Origin: the human T2T-CHM13v2.0 reference genome, Homo sapiens
Strand: one strand, 5' to 3'
DNA length: 64,000 nucleotides
Assembly (NCBI RefSeq): GCF_009914755.1
Contig: NC_060937.1
This document shows, one piece after another, positions 29,996-44,570 of the stretch. Within the stretch, counting starts at the first letter, position 1. Each line of letters begins with the position of its first letter. The position numbers and the translations under genes are program-made. The notes below the pieces were generated by a model. The model was not told the origin of the DNA, did not search any database, and saw nothing but the letters and a program-made list of their open reading frames with translations.

Positions 29996-31505
29996 CCAAC
30001 CAAATCCCCAGAAACATATGCCCCCCAAAACAAAACACACAGAGATGTTCTATCCATCCAGCAAATGTCTCTTTTCTCCACAGAGCTTCTAAGTTGTCAT
30101 CTAGCTACCGTGACTGATTAATTTGAGAATGCATTAAATGCATCATATTTTCCTGCTTAGGTGAGATTAGAGATTTTTAAACATAGTATGAAATCCCAAA
30201 AGGATAATATTTTGGTGGTTCTATGACAGGTCAATGAAGGGGAAATTTTTAAGGTAGTCATAGAAAGGATCTGTCCATGGTCTTAAACATCCCATATAAA
30301 CTAACATGTACTGAATGCCAGGCACAGCAGCAAGCTTTAACATACCTTATCTTATTTAATCCTTGAGACAATTTTATAAAGGAGAAATTCTCCCTTCCAT
30401 TGTCCAGATGAGGCAGCCAGTGCGCTCCTGCAGGGTCATGCTGTTTGCAGTCTGCTGAGACCAGCTCAGGACTCCTTCTTAATGCCTGACCCACGAGGGT
30501 TGTGGGCACTTACGTGGTCAAGAAGTGAAAAGAATTTCACAGTTGATTTATTAGTGATTTACTGAGAAGCGCTGAGTTTTGAGGGATGCACAAATCCTGC
30601 CACTTGCCTTCAGGTGCCCTAAAGTCCATACCTTAGGCCACGTCTCCTAACCCTAAACATTGCCGAGTAACAGTCACCATGGATTTCAGAACTCAAGTCA
30701 GGAATACCAGTTGCCAGTATCAGCCTTCCAACTTTGTAACTATGAGAGGCAGGTGACTGTGGATAGGAAAACACAGGCATTTCAGGGACATTTCAACAGT
30801 TTGTGGGGATCACGGGATAACATATTTTAATTAGTGCCTGTTCCAAAAGATCTAGAATGTAGGACCACCATGCCAAGTCAGCACCAGAAATATATCCTCT
30901 GGGAGCTAGCTGCCTTCTTCCTAAAGTTCTCTTATTTTTCTTGTTTCCAGAGCAAGCAATGAATGCTATTTGTTCACTATCTTCCCCACAATACTGAGCC
31001 CATGGCGTATATTGTCAATAATATGTGCTGAAAGAATAAATGAAGGACTGAATGAATGAGAGAATATTCTCAGAATGGAACATTCAGTCAATTGCTACAA
31101 AGCCTTAATTTACCATCCATAAGATATTTGCAAATGAATGTTCTCTTCCTAGGCAGAAAAATTAATTAGTGTATAGAAGCAAATCAGTTTAAAAATGTCA
31201 GATCAAAGGGGTAGAGATGGGGGTGTTTGAAACACCAGTGGAATGAAGACTGTATTTTATACAACTCATAATCTCTGTGAAAAATGCAAACTCCCCTTGC
31301 TAAAAAGGATGGCGCTTTAATTTGTCACAGCATCCCCAAGCCTGCCTCAGCCCTAAAGGACATTCCAGACTTGAAACCCACTGCCACTGTAGATAAAATT
31401 CTCTCTTTACATCTATGTCTTTTTATGGATTAGTGGAACTAATTGAGAATAATGAACATATCAGAATAATTCCCAGTAATCTGTGGTACTGACATGGAAG
31501 CTAAT

Positions 31506-32214
31506 TGTTACAGGCTGAATTATGTTCCTCCCAACTCCATATGTTGAAGACCTAACCCCTAGTACCTCAGAATGTGACTGCATTTGGAGACAGGGTGATC
31601 AAGTGAAAATGAGGCTGTCAGGTGGGTCCTACTGTAATCTGACTGGTGTTCACATTAAAGGAAATCTGGACACACAGAGATCCCAGGGTTGTGCACACAC
31701 AGAGATGAAACATGTGAAGATGCAGTGAGAAGGTGGCCGTGGGCAAGCCCAGGAGAGAGGCCTCAGAAGAAATCAACCTTACTGACACCTTGACCGTGGA
31801 CTGCTAGCATCCAGATCTATGAGAAAATTCATTGCTGTTTTTTGTTTGTTTGTTTGTTTGTTTTTGAGAAGGAGTCTTGCTCTGTCTCCAGGCTGAAGTG
31901 CAGTGATGTGATCTCAGCTCACTGCAACCTCTGCCTCCCGGATTCAAGCGATTTGATTCTCCTGTCTCAGCCTCCCAAGGAGCTGGGACTACAGGTGCTC
32001 ACCACCACGCCCAGCTATTTTTTGTATTTTTAGTAGAGACAGGGTTTCACCATGTTGGCCAGGCTGGTCTCAGTCTATCGACCTTGTGATCTGACTGCCT
32101 CAGCCTCCAAAAGTGCTGGGATTACAGGCATGAGGCACCGTGCCCAGCCCATTTCTGTTATTTAAGCCACCCAGTCTGTGGTATTTTCTTATGACAGTCC
32201 TAGAAAACTAATAC
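31506..32214 (+). mobile_element. MLT1 (MLT1A/B-like) LTR interrupted by an Alu
   Basis: tgttacaggctgaatt...cctcagaatgtgact...gaggcctcagaagaaatcaacc, resuming after the Alu as tttaagccacccagtctgtggta...aaactaataca. Confidence 0.85.
31838..32149 (-). mobile_element. AluS inserted in the MLT1 LTR
   Basis: (TTTG)n tail followed by an antisense Alu dimer. Confidence 0.95.
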
Positions 32215-33132
32215 ATTATTTGAAAATGAACTCAACCCTTCTGTTAAAAGAAAAAAATCTGAAATCAAGAAGGCCTGCCTTCATGCACCGAATAGACAAG
32301 CAATGGCTTTATACTGGCTTCCAGACAGGGCACCACAGAGGCCAGGTCCTCATGGGGTTCTGCCAGCCACGTGCTGCCTGCATTGACATCAGTGGGGGTC
32401 GGAATGGTCAACCCATCAAGCCTTCACTTTTGATTTCACTCTCATCTTGGAGACTAAATCCACTTATGAATAAAAAGCACCATCCCCTTGCAGACAAAGA
32501 TTACATTTGACCATTTGCTTCATACACAACAACAACAAAAAAAATCCATTGGCATAGAGAGGGCTGTCTGTCATGTGTATTTACCAAGAATGATTTCTCT
32601 TTTTCAAGCACTGTTAACATTAATTATGATGAACATCTGGTAGAGAATATCTTCATGAAATTAGTGTTTATAATTCTTTCCTCAGCTTTTATCTTGAGTT
32701 AATATTAGACATGAATATGGAAAGAACATTGATTTAGTTCCTAATAAAAAGGGCTACCAAAATACTACTCTGCCAAGTTTGTCCCAATAAAATCCATGCC
32801 ATTGAGAAAATTTTGTTTGTAGAAAATTAGTATTTATTTTTCCCTTTTATAAATTAATGAGGATTATACAACTTATTTTTCCTTCTAAATGTATCCTCTT
32901 GGATCTCAAAGCTAAGCACATTTTTAAAATATAATTGTTATCCTCAGCCTAGATATCGGGTGTATGTCTCTCCCTCACCACTACATTTCATTTGACCTTC
33001 AGTATTTAAACCAACAAATGTACCAAACTTTGCTTTTCCCCCATAAGCTTCTTCAAATTCTTAGCTGGAATTAGGACATAGATGATAATTCAGAATTATC
33101 CTTTTTAGAAAATAAGATAACTTCATTAAGGA

Positions 33133-33338
33133 GAGTAGTTCTTCACTGAGGGCATTTTTGCCCTCCAGGGAACATTTGATAATATCCGAAGACATTTTTC
33201 AGTTATCATAATGGAGTGGGGATGAGCACTGATGGCCAGGGATGTGCTAAACATTGTACATCATGCAGCACATCCCTTCCCAAAACCAAGTATTAACCAG
33301 CTCAAAATGCCAATAGTGCCAAGGCTGAGGAGCCCTGG
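33133..33338. mobile_element. MER20 DNA transposon (hAT-Charlie)
   Basis: ttttgccctccagggaacatttg...gacatttt...gctaaacatt...caaaatgccaatagtgccaaggctgag. Confidence 0.8.
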
Positions 33339-34714
33339 CATGGAGTGAGCAGATTGGAAACATCAGAATAATTTGGTATGGCCCTAGTCAAACATTCAGT
33401 GTTTGAGGATGGAAAAACCTATATTGATCTCTAACTTTTCCTTTGTTATACTTTCTCATTCCAGAGAAACAATTGTTCAATACAATCTGTGCGTTTCATA
33501 GATATTCTTGGTTTCCTTTGTCTGAGTATTAGTGGCAGAATTTCTTCAGCTCTCCTAAAAATACGTTTAAAGTTACTAACAGCACCATTACACAAACTCG
33601 TTTTAATGATTAGAAATAGCTTAGTAAGCCACAGGCAGCTTACTAAACAATCTCAGTCCATTTCTTACTTTATTTTTGTCTGACTTTCCATGGTCCCAAG
33701 AGTTACAGCACATCCTTTCTGTCCATTATCTCTGACAGTAAGCCTAACTCCTACCTTAAGTAAGGTTGAGTGAAGATGTTACACTTAGGCCAGGAAGCCC
33801 CAGGGTGTTGGGTTAATGCGAAATCCTAAAATGCACCACTGACCATGGTTATTAGATTTGCATCTTGAGTAACAAAGTTCTGTAAAAATCTCACCAATGT
33901 GCAGTCTTCTATCCTCTTCCTTGTTTCTAATTCACAGACTGTAAATGTCAATCTGTTTTGTATACCTGCATTATCCGTCTGAACCAGTCTCACTATCAGA
34001 AGGATTCAATATGGACATTCTTTGTATTTAATCTAGTTTATTGGAAAAAAGTTAAAGTCAAAAACCACCTCATATTAAATAAAAACGAGACAAAGAAATG
34101 GCATGCTTTAGAAAGAAATAGCATGAATGAAAGGGTCAAAAAGTGAAAGAACCATGATATACAAGAGAAGAAGGAAAAAAAGTAGTTGGAGAAAACAATA
34201 AAATTTTGCAGACGGATATATTACAACAGACAGAACAAGGTAATTCAGAGAGCTCTGGGTGGGATGCAGAATCCTTTGCTTCTCTTTTCTCCTTAACTGG
34301 CAAAATGGCCTTGGCCAAGTCACCTCTCTGGACCTGCAAAAGAGGACTTATCTTGAATGATCTGGCTTCAAGTCCTTCTAAGCAGTAAATCCCTAGTTGT
34401 ATCCATGCCTTGGGTTGGCTACTGAGAAACTCAAGGATCACACACTGAAATAGGCAGGCTGTCAAATACAAGTCGAATACAGGAGAAAGTGAAGAACAGT
34501 GTTTTAAAAGGGTGATCGGGAGGTCTCCCAAAAGAGGTCACCTCTTCCTCTGGAAGTATGCAAGAGGTGGCGGTCAAGGGAGAGGAAGGGAGGCTCAAGC
34601 ATTCAATAGAGCCTTAATTCTCCAGTGGGAGATGAATGAGAAAAATATCCCCTGTGCACACCTGTTCTTTCCAAGGTGAATGGGAAAGAGTACAGGCAGA
34701 GAGGGTGGCCTACT

Positions 34715-35110
34715 TTCCATTCTTCAAACATGAAAAGCTTGTGCTCGCCTTGAGGCTTTTGTACAAATTGCTTTTTTCTACTTGAACTACTTGATAGGGT
34801 TGACCCTGTCCTTTCATTCAGGTTTCTACTCCATATCACCTCCTCAGAAAGGCATTCCCTACCCATCCAATCTAAAGTAACTGACAATCCACAGTAACCA
34901 CCTGCACTCTTTAGACCTCACCTATTTTCTCTGTCTGCTCAAGTCTTTTGTCAGCATATCTCATTTTGATTTTTGTCTTTATACATTTGATGATCAGTCT
35001 TCCTCCTCTACAGTGTAAATTCCATGAGATCAGGGGTCCCTTAGGTTTTGTTCATTGCTCTATTCCCTGCTCCCAGCACAGTAAAATTCAACAAATATTG
35101 AAAGAATTTT
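34715..35110 (+). mobile_element. L2 LINE 3' fragment
   Basis: tatcacctcctcagaaaggcattccct ... tgtaaattccatgag ... ttttgttcattgct ... caacaaatattgaa. Confidence 0.65.
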
Positions 35111-37608
35111 TTAAAAAATATTTTTCATTCATAAGCAAATTTTTCATATGCAAAATAAAATTTGCATGTGGAAAGATCTAGAAGACAGAAAATGAAAACA
35201 AAGTAAGTTAAGAACAGATAGAGTCTTTTGGGGACATCTCTAAGACTTAGAAAAAAAAACAAGTCTTGATCCTGCAGGTCAAGTGAAAACCTGAAGGGTC
35301 ACAGAAGAATAAACACATGAGCTGAAAAGAGCAACATTGCGGAGCGATTTATGTTTTCAAACTACTCAGTCCTGATGTCTAGGACCTTACAGCTCCAAAT
35401 CTCAAAAAATGGGATTCATCACAAAGCAAGGACACAGTGAGCAGAGATGGAGTCAACACCTTTTCACAAAATTTAACAATCATCATCGATATGCACAGCC
35501 TTCATGTGTAGTGTATGCTCCCAGCTACAGCTGTAGTTACCCAATCTCAAAGCAAGTAAACAGCAAGATTCCACACTAGCTCTTAACTGGCCAAGCTATA
35601 TTTCTATAACTAGAATTGCTATTTGTGGATTTCCATAAGTTATAATAACACGATAAGACCACTTTATCCATGTATTCTAGTGACTTTTTCTTCCTATAGC
35701 AAAAAGAAAAATACATCTTTCACCATTTACAAGTACAAATTTCAAGGAGAAATTTTAAAAGGAGAGTAACAAACTGTCCTGAGTTGCAGCAAGACTCCTG
35801 AGAGTTCCATTTCCTGGGCCCTCTGCTGCCTGTTTTTGGCATTGAACCCAGGAATCTTTTCTAAAGCACACAGAAATCTTGCAAAAGAGGCCATTTCTAG
35901 TTAGGCTTTTGTCCAACTGTCTAGTTAAATAAATTAAATTCTTAGATTACAAAATGTGCTTCAAAGGTTTAACAAATTGAAATGTCCTTAAGTATTTCAA
36001 ATAAATTAAGGAAGAATTCCCATTCCCATAGTCTTCTACTTTCCTCTTCCACACCTATGATGAATGTCCTGAAAAGAATAAACCCAGGTAAATTTTTGGC
36101 GAGTAATTGTTTTAAATGATGACAAAACTTAGTTGCATCATGGTAATCATTTCTTTTGCTTATTGGGTAGCATTAAGTACAAACCTTAGTTTGTAAAACT
36201 ATATGTTTTACTCTCTTAATATTTTAAACCTCAACTATCTTAATAGGAATTGTTACTATGTTGTTTTCTTAGGTTTAGAGAGGCAAATTGATTGCTGATC
36301 AATCATTAATTGACTATTGGGCTAATATAAAACTAATATTTTTCTCTTAAATAATAATGGCATCTTTTCACATTGCATGCCTTAAAACCCTTACCTGAGA
36401 ATACATCCTGGTGAAAGTAAAATGTTATTCCTCACATACAGCAACTGTGTAAAGTGTGGTGCAATTATCTGATTTGCCAGCAGTGGACACTGTTACTCTA
36501 GTTATCACCATCGAGTAACTAGAGAAAAGCCTGTTTAGTGTCTCAGGAAATGCCTTCTCCTTATTCCCTTAGACAGAGCAGAAGCCTGTAACATAGGCAA
36601 CTATTCTGGAAAAACAACAAAATAAATTCTAGAAAAAAAATACTAGTGTTATTCTTGAACATGAAAATATTATTAAGAAATAATTTTTCACAGTTAAAAA
36701 TTTAGTACTCATTTGATTTTGTCTTTTTAATTTATGGAACAGATCTATTAGCTGCAGAATGTCCAATCATCATCATTCTCCAGTGTATCTTATGCATCTG
36801 CAAATTATATCTCTCTGAGAAAACACTGACAATCAGTGAAAGAAACAAACTGAGCTAAAAAGCAGTGGTCCGCATCAGTTCTGGCTTCCTAGGAACTAGT
36901 TCTGCAATTCTGGGCAGATTATCATTTTACTCTGATCTTAGTCATCTCCTGTCTGTAAAAGAAGTAGCTAAACTAGAAAATGGCCAAGAACTCCTACACT
37001 GGTGTCTGTGTTTCTATGACTCTCTCAGGATAGACTAGAGCTAAAAGCCTTTGCTTCACTTGTATAATCAGGTAAGGTGTTAATTGTTTAATCTCTAGCC
37101 AGAAAATAACTATATAAAACAGCTCTTCCTTCCTTAATGAGGCCAGAAGCATAGGCTTCAGCCCTCAGGGTTGGCATTATGGAAATCAATCGGCAGAGCT
37201 AATGAAAACCAGGCAGTGGGCTCAAAATAGAACCCCTCTTAATCCCCACTTTCTGCCCTGCACAGCAGGGGGCCTCAGCTTCCCATAGCCATGGTGTTTA
37301 CTTTGTGTCAAGCAAGTATTAGTATTAATCCCATTTTAGAGATGAGGAAACTGAAGTACAGAATGCTAATAACTAGTCCATGGATAACAACTAGTAAATG
37401 TAGGATCTGAATCTTGTAACTAGGCAGTCTAGCTGGAAAGCCTATACTCTTGAAACTACTAGGTTCACTCTTCCGGGTTCCATACTGACTCTCAGTATAA
37501 TACTCTCCTGTTTTAGACTTAACCGTGTGTCTGCTACCATCTACTAGATTGTGAATTGCTTCAGAGTAGAAAACCAGAGAGGCATGGTCGAAAGACATGG
37601 ATATAAAC

Positions 37609-37824
37609 CAGTGGTTCTCAACTCCAAGTGATTGCCACCCCCAGGGGTAATTTGGCAAAATCTAAAGACAGTTTTTGTTGTCACAAGGGGGAAGAGGTGT
37701 TACTGACATCTAGTTGGTAGAAGCCAGAGATGCTGCTAAACATTCTACAAGGCTCAAGACAGCCCCTCACAACAAAGTATTATCCAGGTCTAAACATCAA
37801 TTGTTGCAGGGGTTGAGAAAAGCT
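37609..37824. mobile_element. MER20 DNA transposon
   Basis: cagtggttctcaac ... ggttgagaaaagctg TIR-like ends; agccagagatgctgctaaacattctaca body. Confidence 0.85.
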
Positions 37825-37918
37825 GCTGTAGAATAAGAGAAGCTGGGTTTGAACCCCGACTCTGCCACTTACCCGCTGCATGCATTCAGACACTTGCACA
37901 AACTCCGTAAGCCTCTCA

Positions 37919-38278
<360 letters not shown>

Positions 38279-38829
38279 ATGGTAAAAAACAAAACCACTT
38301 TCAGCAGACAATTATGGTTGTGAGGTGGATTAAATGCTTTTAGACTGTGAAGTTGTCTGCATATTTTCAAAGACAGTGCCATACTGCAGAAAGAGCAGAA
38401 GTTTTATGGCCAAAGAGGCATGAATACTTAAACTTTCCAAGCCCAGTTTTCTTTATCTATTAGAAAAGAGGAATGGATAGGGAATTTCTACTTTATGGTC
38501 TTCCTCAGGATTAAATGAAGTAATGCAAAGATTATATCATTGTAATGTTTGTCACAGAACACATCCCTAAAAGTGATTATTTCTGTCCTCCAAAGTATTT
38601 ACATATTATTTTTTTCTTTTGGTCAATCTTGTATGCAAACTCCACTCTCTGCAAACAACATTCCTTCCTTCCCAAACCAAATCCAATTGTGTTCTATTAT
38701 CTAAAACTTTATTTATTAAAACAGATGTCAGGTTAGATCTGACTTGAGGGTCATAGTTTGCCAATCCCTGAGTTGGACTATCAAATACGTATTAAAGATT
38801 AAAACTTAATTACAATATTAAAGCTCACT

Positions 38830-39640
<811 letters not shown>

Positions 39641-40659
39641 AAAGGGCAAAAAATAATCCAAACACGTAAGTCTTCACTTGCTCTACTCCTGTTGTATTTT
39701 ATATGAACTGTTAGAACAGTTAGCCATACACAATTGCTGCTGGAGTTGGGGGAGACCTCTATCTTGGCAGGGATGCTGGTGGACCGTGGCAAGAGGCTGA
39801 ACCTCTGGGCCTGCACCTCGGCCTGATAAAGCAACTCTTGTGTCTGCTACTGCCCTCCCATGGTCACCCCATATTACAAACACTGCCTCAGCAGCCTGTT
39901 TCCCTTCTGCCTTCCTTCTGTCTGCACTCCCACAAAACCAGGGACAGCATCCTCATCCCTACCTCCCACTGCATTAGCAGTGGGTATTCCTGACCTGCCA
40001 AAGCCCAGGCAGCTCTGCTGCTGTGACACGGCACACTTTTCAACACGGGGAGGAAATGGAAGGATGCAGTGTTTAACGCCCACGGAGCATTATGGCACTG
40101 TTGCCCTCCATGGTGGCATGGGCAAGATGACCTTTAATTGACCTCAAGTCTCATTCTCTTATTTATAGACTGTTTTATACGTGGGTCACTAGGGAATTTA
40201 TTCTGTCTCCCATCCCTACACTCTGAATCATCGTGAAGCCTTAATCAATTCTTAATCAAAAATCAATTCTTTCATTTTTTTCAGTCTCTAAGAAAGAATT
40301 CTCATTTCCCTTATTCAAACTAATATCCATGCTAATCTTTTATACCTTGGATTTAAAGTCACCTTGGGTTGGGGCAACAGGGTTCTCACTCGTGTTTAAG
40401 ATCTCCTTATTTCAGCCTCATACGATCAAAGGGCAGTCTTCCCCTTTTCTCTTTCACCCTCAGGACTCCCATGCCTTGGAGCTGACTCTTCCAGGCAGTT
40501 TCCACAGATCTGCAGTCCTGCTCTGCCACTGTCTCTCTGTTGTCCCCACATCTACCCAACGTCCTGTTGTATTGCCCTTCTGATTTCATTTAATAAAAGC
40601 AGCTGCTTCTCCATCAAAAAAAAAAAAAAAAAAAAAGAGGCTGAGTCCCAAGTCCCCCT

Positions 40660-41130
40660 CTAGCAGTTTGGATGTTTTTTGATAACAGAAATTCCAAATC
40701 AAACTGTCTTAAACAATAAGAAAATGTATTATTTAACATGTAGTAACTCCAAAGGCAATGCAGTCCATATGGTTGATCCAGTAGTTCCACTATGTTCTCA
40801 AATATCACCCTTCTGGTCTGTCCATTTCCCTGTTCTGCCATCTGTGGAGTTAGTTTTTCCTCCTCAGGCTAACAGTAAAATGACTACAGCAACTTCTGGC
40901 ACCATGAACAGTTGCTGTAACATCCAGGAGGAAAACAGATTGTCTCTCACAGGGACTACTTTTTAAGAATACAAACTCTTTTCTCCAAAGTCCTCCAAGT
41001 TCACTGTCCAGGACTAGGTCACAAGGCTGATGTTAAGTCTGTCACTGGTGGATTACATTAGATAAATTCAATGGAGGCTTGTTTCTGGATTTGGGAGGTA
41101 GGATCATTTCATGAGGCACTTGGCTGCCTG
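40660..41130 (-). mobile_element. Old ERVL/MaLR LTR fragment
   Basis: aacagaaattccaaatcaaactgtcttaaacaataagaaaatgtattattt is typical of old MLT1/LTR33-type ends. Family uncertain. Confidence 0.5.
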
Positions 41131-41288
41131 ATTTTAATAGTTTTTATAATATTGAACCCAGTGAGGTTATTATATTTTTATATCTAGAGGAAGAACTCTT
41201 TAGTGCCCCGAGTTTTTATCCACTTAATGCTGAGATTCTCTGATAATGCAATCCTAAAGATAAATTTTTCTTTAACATGAGTTGTTTC

Positions 41289-42100
41289 TGACATTTCTCA
41301 AAAGAAGACATACAAGTGGCTAGGAAACTTATGAAAAAAATGCTCATTATCACTATCAGAGAAATGCAAATCAAGACCACAATGAGATACCATCTCACTC
41401 CAGTCAGAACTATTATTAAAAAGTCAACAAATAACAGATGTTGGCGAGGCTGCAGAGCAAAAGGAATGCTTATACACTGTTGGTGGGAATATAAATTAGT
41501 TCAGCCACTGTGGAAAGCAGCTTGGCGATTTCTCTAAGAACTTAAAACAGATCTACCATTTGACACAACAATCCCATTACTGAGTATACACCCAAAGGAA
41601 AATAAATTGTTCTATGAAAAAGACACATGCATTTGTATGTTCATCACAGTGCTATTCACAGTAGCAAAGACATGGAATAAAATGTAGGTGCCCATCAATA
41701 ATGGATTGGATTAGAAAAAAATGTGATACATATATACCATGGAATACTATACAGCCATAAAAAAGAATGAAATCATGTCCTTTGCAGCAACATGGATGCA
41801 GCTAGAGGCCATTATTCTAAGTGAATTAATGCAAGAGCAGAAAACCAAATACCACATGTCTTCACCTATAAGTGGGAGCTAACCATTGAGTACACATGGG
41901 CAAAAAGATGGGAACAACACACAGTGGGGACTACTAGAGGGGGTAGGGAGGGATCATGGATTGAAAAGCTACCTACTGGGTACTCTTCCCACTACATAGG
42001 TGACAGGATCCATACCCCAAACCTCAGCATCATTCAATGTACTCATGTAACAAACCTGTACATGTACCCCTTATGTCTAAAATAAAATTTGAAGAAAAAA
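41289..42100 (+). mobile_element. 5'-truncated older primate L1 (L1PB/late L1PA) 3' end
   Basis: ORF2 C-terminal remnant ([18 protein letters not shown]...NNRCWRGC), 3' UTR and AATAAA/A-tail. Confidence 0.92.
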
Positions 42101-42660
42101 ATTGTTGTTTCCAAAAATTAAAGCAATATGTAAGAAGCAATAATAATATGTAGAACAATTTAATGGTAGAAACAAGACTTTTAAAAACAGACCAATTCTT
42201 TCAGGACAAATAAAGAATATTGATTCAAATAAAATTTAAAGTTTCATGTTTTAAAGAAAGAAAAACTTTGCTGAGAGGTGATGGTATCCAAGCAGGCCAT
42301 TTGAATGGATTTCTACTACCATTTTGTCTTTTGTCAATTCTTAGCGTTGTAGTCAAAAGATGTTTTCGATATGCTAAAACTTAGCAATGGTACATAGTAA
42401 ATGCTAAGGTGAAGCAAAGACATTTGGTCATATCTTTGTAGGGCATATTATATGTTACTTTTGGAGTTTATTTTTTATTAGTAGCAATTAGTCATCCACA
42501 TGTATTTTGAAATAGCTCAGGTTTCCTTGCCCAATATATAGCATGCCAAATGCAAATTCAGAATTATGTTGTTAAAGAATTCTATAGGAACCACTGAAAA
42601 GACAGAAGAGAAAGAGGGAGATAGAAGAGGGAATAGATGTGGTTGAAATAGGTATACTAC

Positions 42661-42743
42661 ACATATGTAACAAACCTGCACGTTGTGCACATGTACCCTA
42701 GAACTTAAAGTATAATAAAAAAAAATATATATATATATATAAA
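42661..42743 (+). mobile_element. Minimal L1PA 3'-terminal insertion (about 57 bp plus tail)
   Basis: catatgtaacaaacctgcacgttgtgcacatgtaccctagaacttaaagtataataaa with an A/(TA)n tail. TSD gaaa(t/c)a(g/a)gtatactac. Confidence 0.88.
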
Positions 42744-42863
42744 GAAACAAGTATACTACATTTTCACTATGGGAAGAGCAGACTTCTAGGCTTCTCTAAA
42801 GAAGTCAGCTTAATCACAAATGCAAATATTAAAATGAGCTCATTCGTAATGATAGTAAATGGG

Positions 42864-42928
42864 TTCCCAACACATAAGCTTCCCAATACATAATGCTTCC
42901 CAATACATAAGCTTCCCAATACATAATG
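42864..42928. repeat. Tandem repeat, 4 x 16-17 bp (ttcccaatacataa(t)gc)
   Basis: Four directly visible copies alternating 16 and 17 bp. Confidence 0.93.
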
Positions 42929-43967
42929 ACAAAGAAGCAAAAATGAGTGGTAAATAAAAAGGTTTTTTTAATTATGAAAAAAGAACAAATAAAAAGGAAG
43001 TTTGGCACAGAATGTTAACATTTGCCAAAGTTTTTTAAAATAAATACAATCATCAAACGTTTTTAGAATAGGGGAAATGCTAGCTCAACTTTGCCTTGAA
43101 TTTTTTAAATACAAACATAATCTTCCTGCAATTTTGCAAAAGTTTTTTTTTCTGTCTTATTTTTTAAAATCACTGTTCCATACTCTTAAGCCCAATTCAA
43201 GTGACTATGATGGTCTCATTTGTACGAATTTGAAGGTTTGGAGAAAATATTGATTTCCTATCTCTTTTCCAGTTGTATGGGTGTGTTGGGGGCTGGGGAG
43301 ATGGGCAGCAACAGGAACTGGGTGATGAACTACAAGATAATGGCACAAACCGCTTTCACCAGTGGTTTGTCCATTTTACGTTTAGGTTAATATTTCTAAA
43401 TATGTGCCTCGGTTTTCTCTCTATGAAATGGTCAATAAACTGCATTTTGTGGAGATTGAAATCTGACCAAAATCGAAAAGGTGGCCCAATATTTGTCCCT
43501 ACCGGGAACCTTTCCTGGTAATAACTCAAAATTCTGTCCTACTTTCTAATGCGATCACTGCCCAGTGTGGACTTCCATGGTGACACAGTTCTGATGACTA
43601 CTGCTTGGAGTCCTTTCTGTCTAGAAAGTTGCTTTCCTATTCTTCCTGAGTGCTTCTCACAGCTGCTTGGCTGCGGAACTGCAGAAACCTGAGGGGCTGA
43701 ACGAGTGGTTCTTTGGAGCCACTGGGGTACTATTTAGTAAATGGATGCCATTTGCAGATACCATTAATTTGGTAAGTGCTGAAAAGTAAACAGAAAAGAA
43801 ATTCAGTAAAGGCACATTGGTTCTTAGACATGCATGCCCTTTAGTTACTGTACTATGGGGATTTAAGAGGGCTCATGCATATTCCCAAATGCCTATATTT
43901 TCCCCAGAAAGATGTTAACTCACTGAAAAAGAGCTAAAGAAGAGTTAGTAAAATATTTCAAATTGCT

Positions 43968-44570
43968 TGCTGTGGGATACACTAAGTTTTCACCAAGCAG
44001 CATTGCATCCATTTTTGTTGAGAGAACCTCAATCTCATTCATTGTGGCAATATGCTCAACTCCAGGGAATGAAACACAGCTGCTCTAAGCCAACCATGGC
44101 TAACCCACTTCCCTTTTCTAGAAATTCATTTCCCCTGCTTTCCTTGAAGATATGTGTAGCTATTGGACCCAGTTGCTTTTTAAAGGGAGGTCTTGGGCAG
44201 GTGGCAGGAAGTAGGGTGTGGTAGGAGAGGTGATGAGGCAAGTTTTCTTTTTCTTTTTCTTTTTTTTTCATTTTCCTCCTTGATAAACTGACAATCCATT
44301 TCTGTCTGGCCTCTTTCTGTATGGGACATCCTTATAAGCAAGAGATGCTCAGAGCTATGGAAGTCATCTTGTACCTACCAGATGCCCAATAAGAACAGAA
44401 AAGCCTGGGTTTCTAAGTCATTAAAGAGCCACTCAACGAGTCTATAATGACCTCTCTCCAGACATTCCAAGTTACACAAAGAATGAAAAACCCAACATAA
44501 ATTTCTAAACTAAGCTACTAGTAGTTGGCTACTCTGTTACATGTAGCTGAATGTATCCTAATTGATACGC
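43968..44570 (+). mobile_element. Old ERVL-type LTR (LTR16/MLT1-like)
   Basis: 3' end gttggctactctgttacatgtagctgaatgtatcctaattgatac. Family uncertain. Confidence 0.55.

Noticed and set aside
35300-36090. Apparently repeat-free unique block with a 12-bp palindrome (ctacagctgtag), considered as a possible exon or enhancer
   Set aside because: No ORF, paired splice sites or recognisable motif cluster. Conservation cannot be assessed from this sequence alone.
42864-42928. CRISPR-like array
   Set aside because: No unique spacers, head-to-tail units, and a eukaryotic context with no cas genes.
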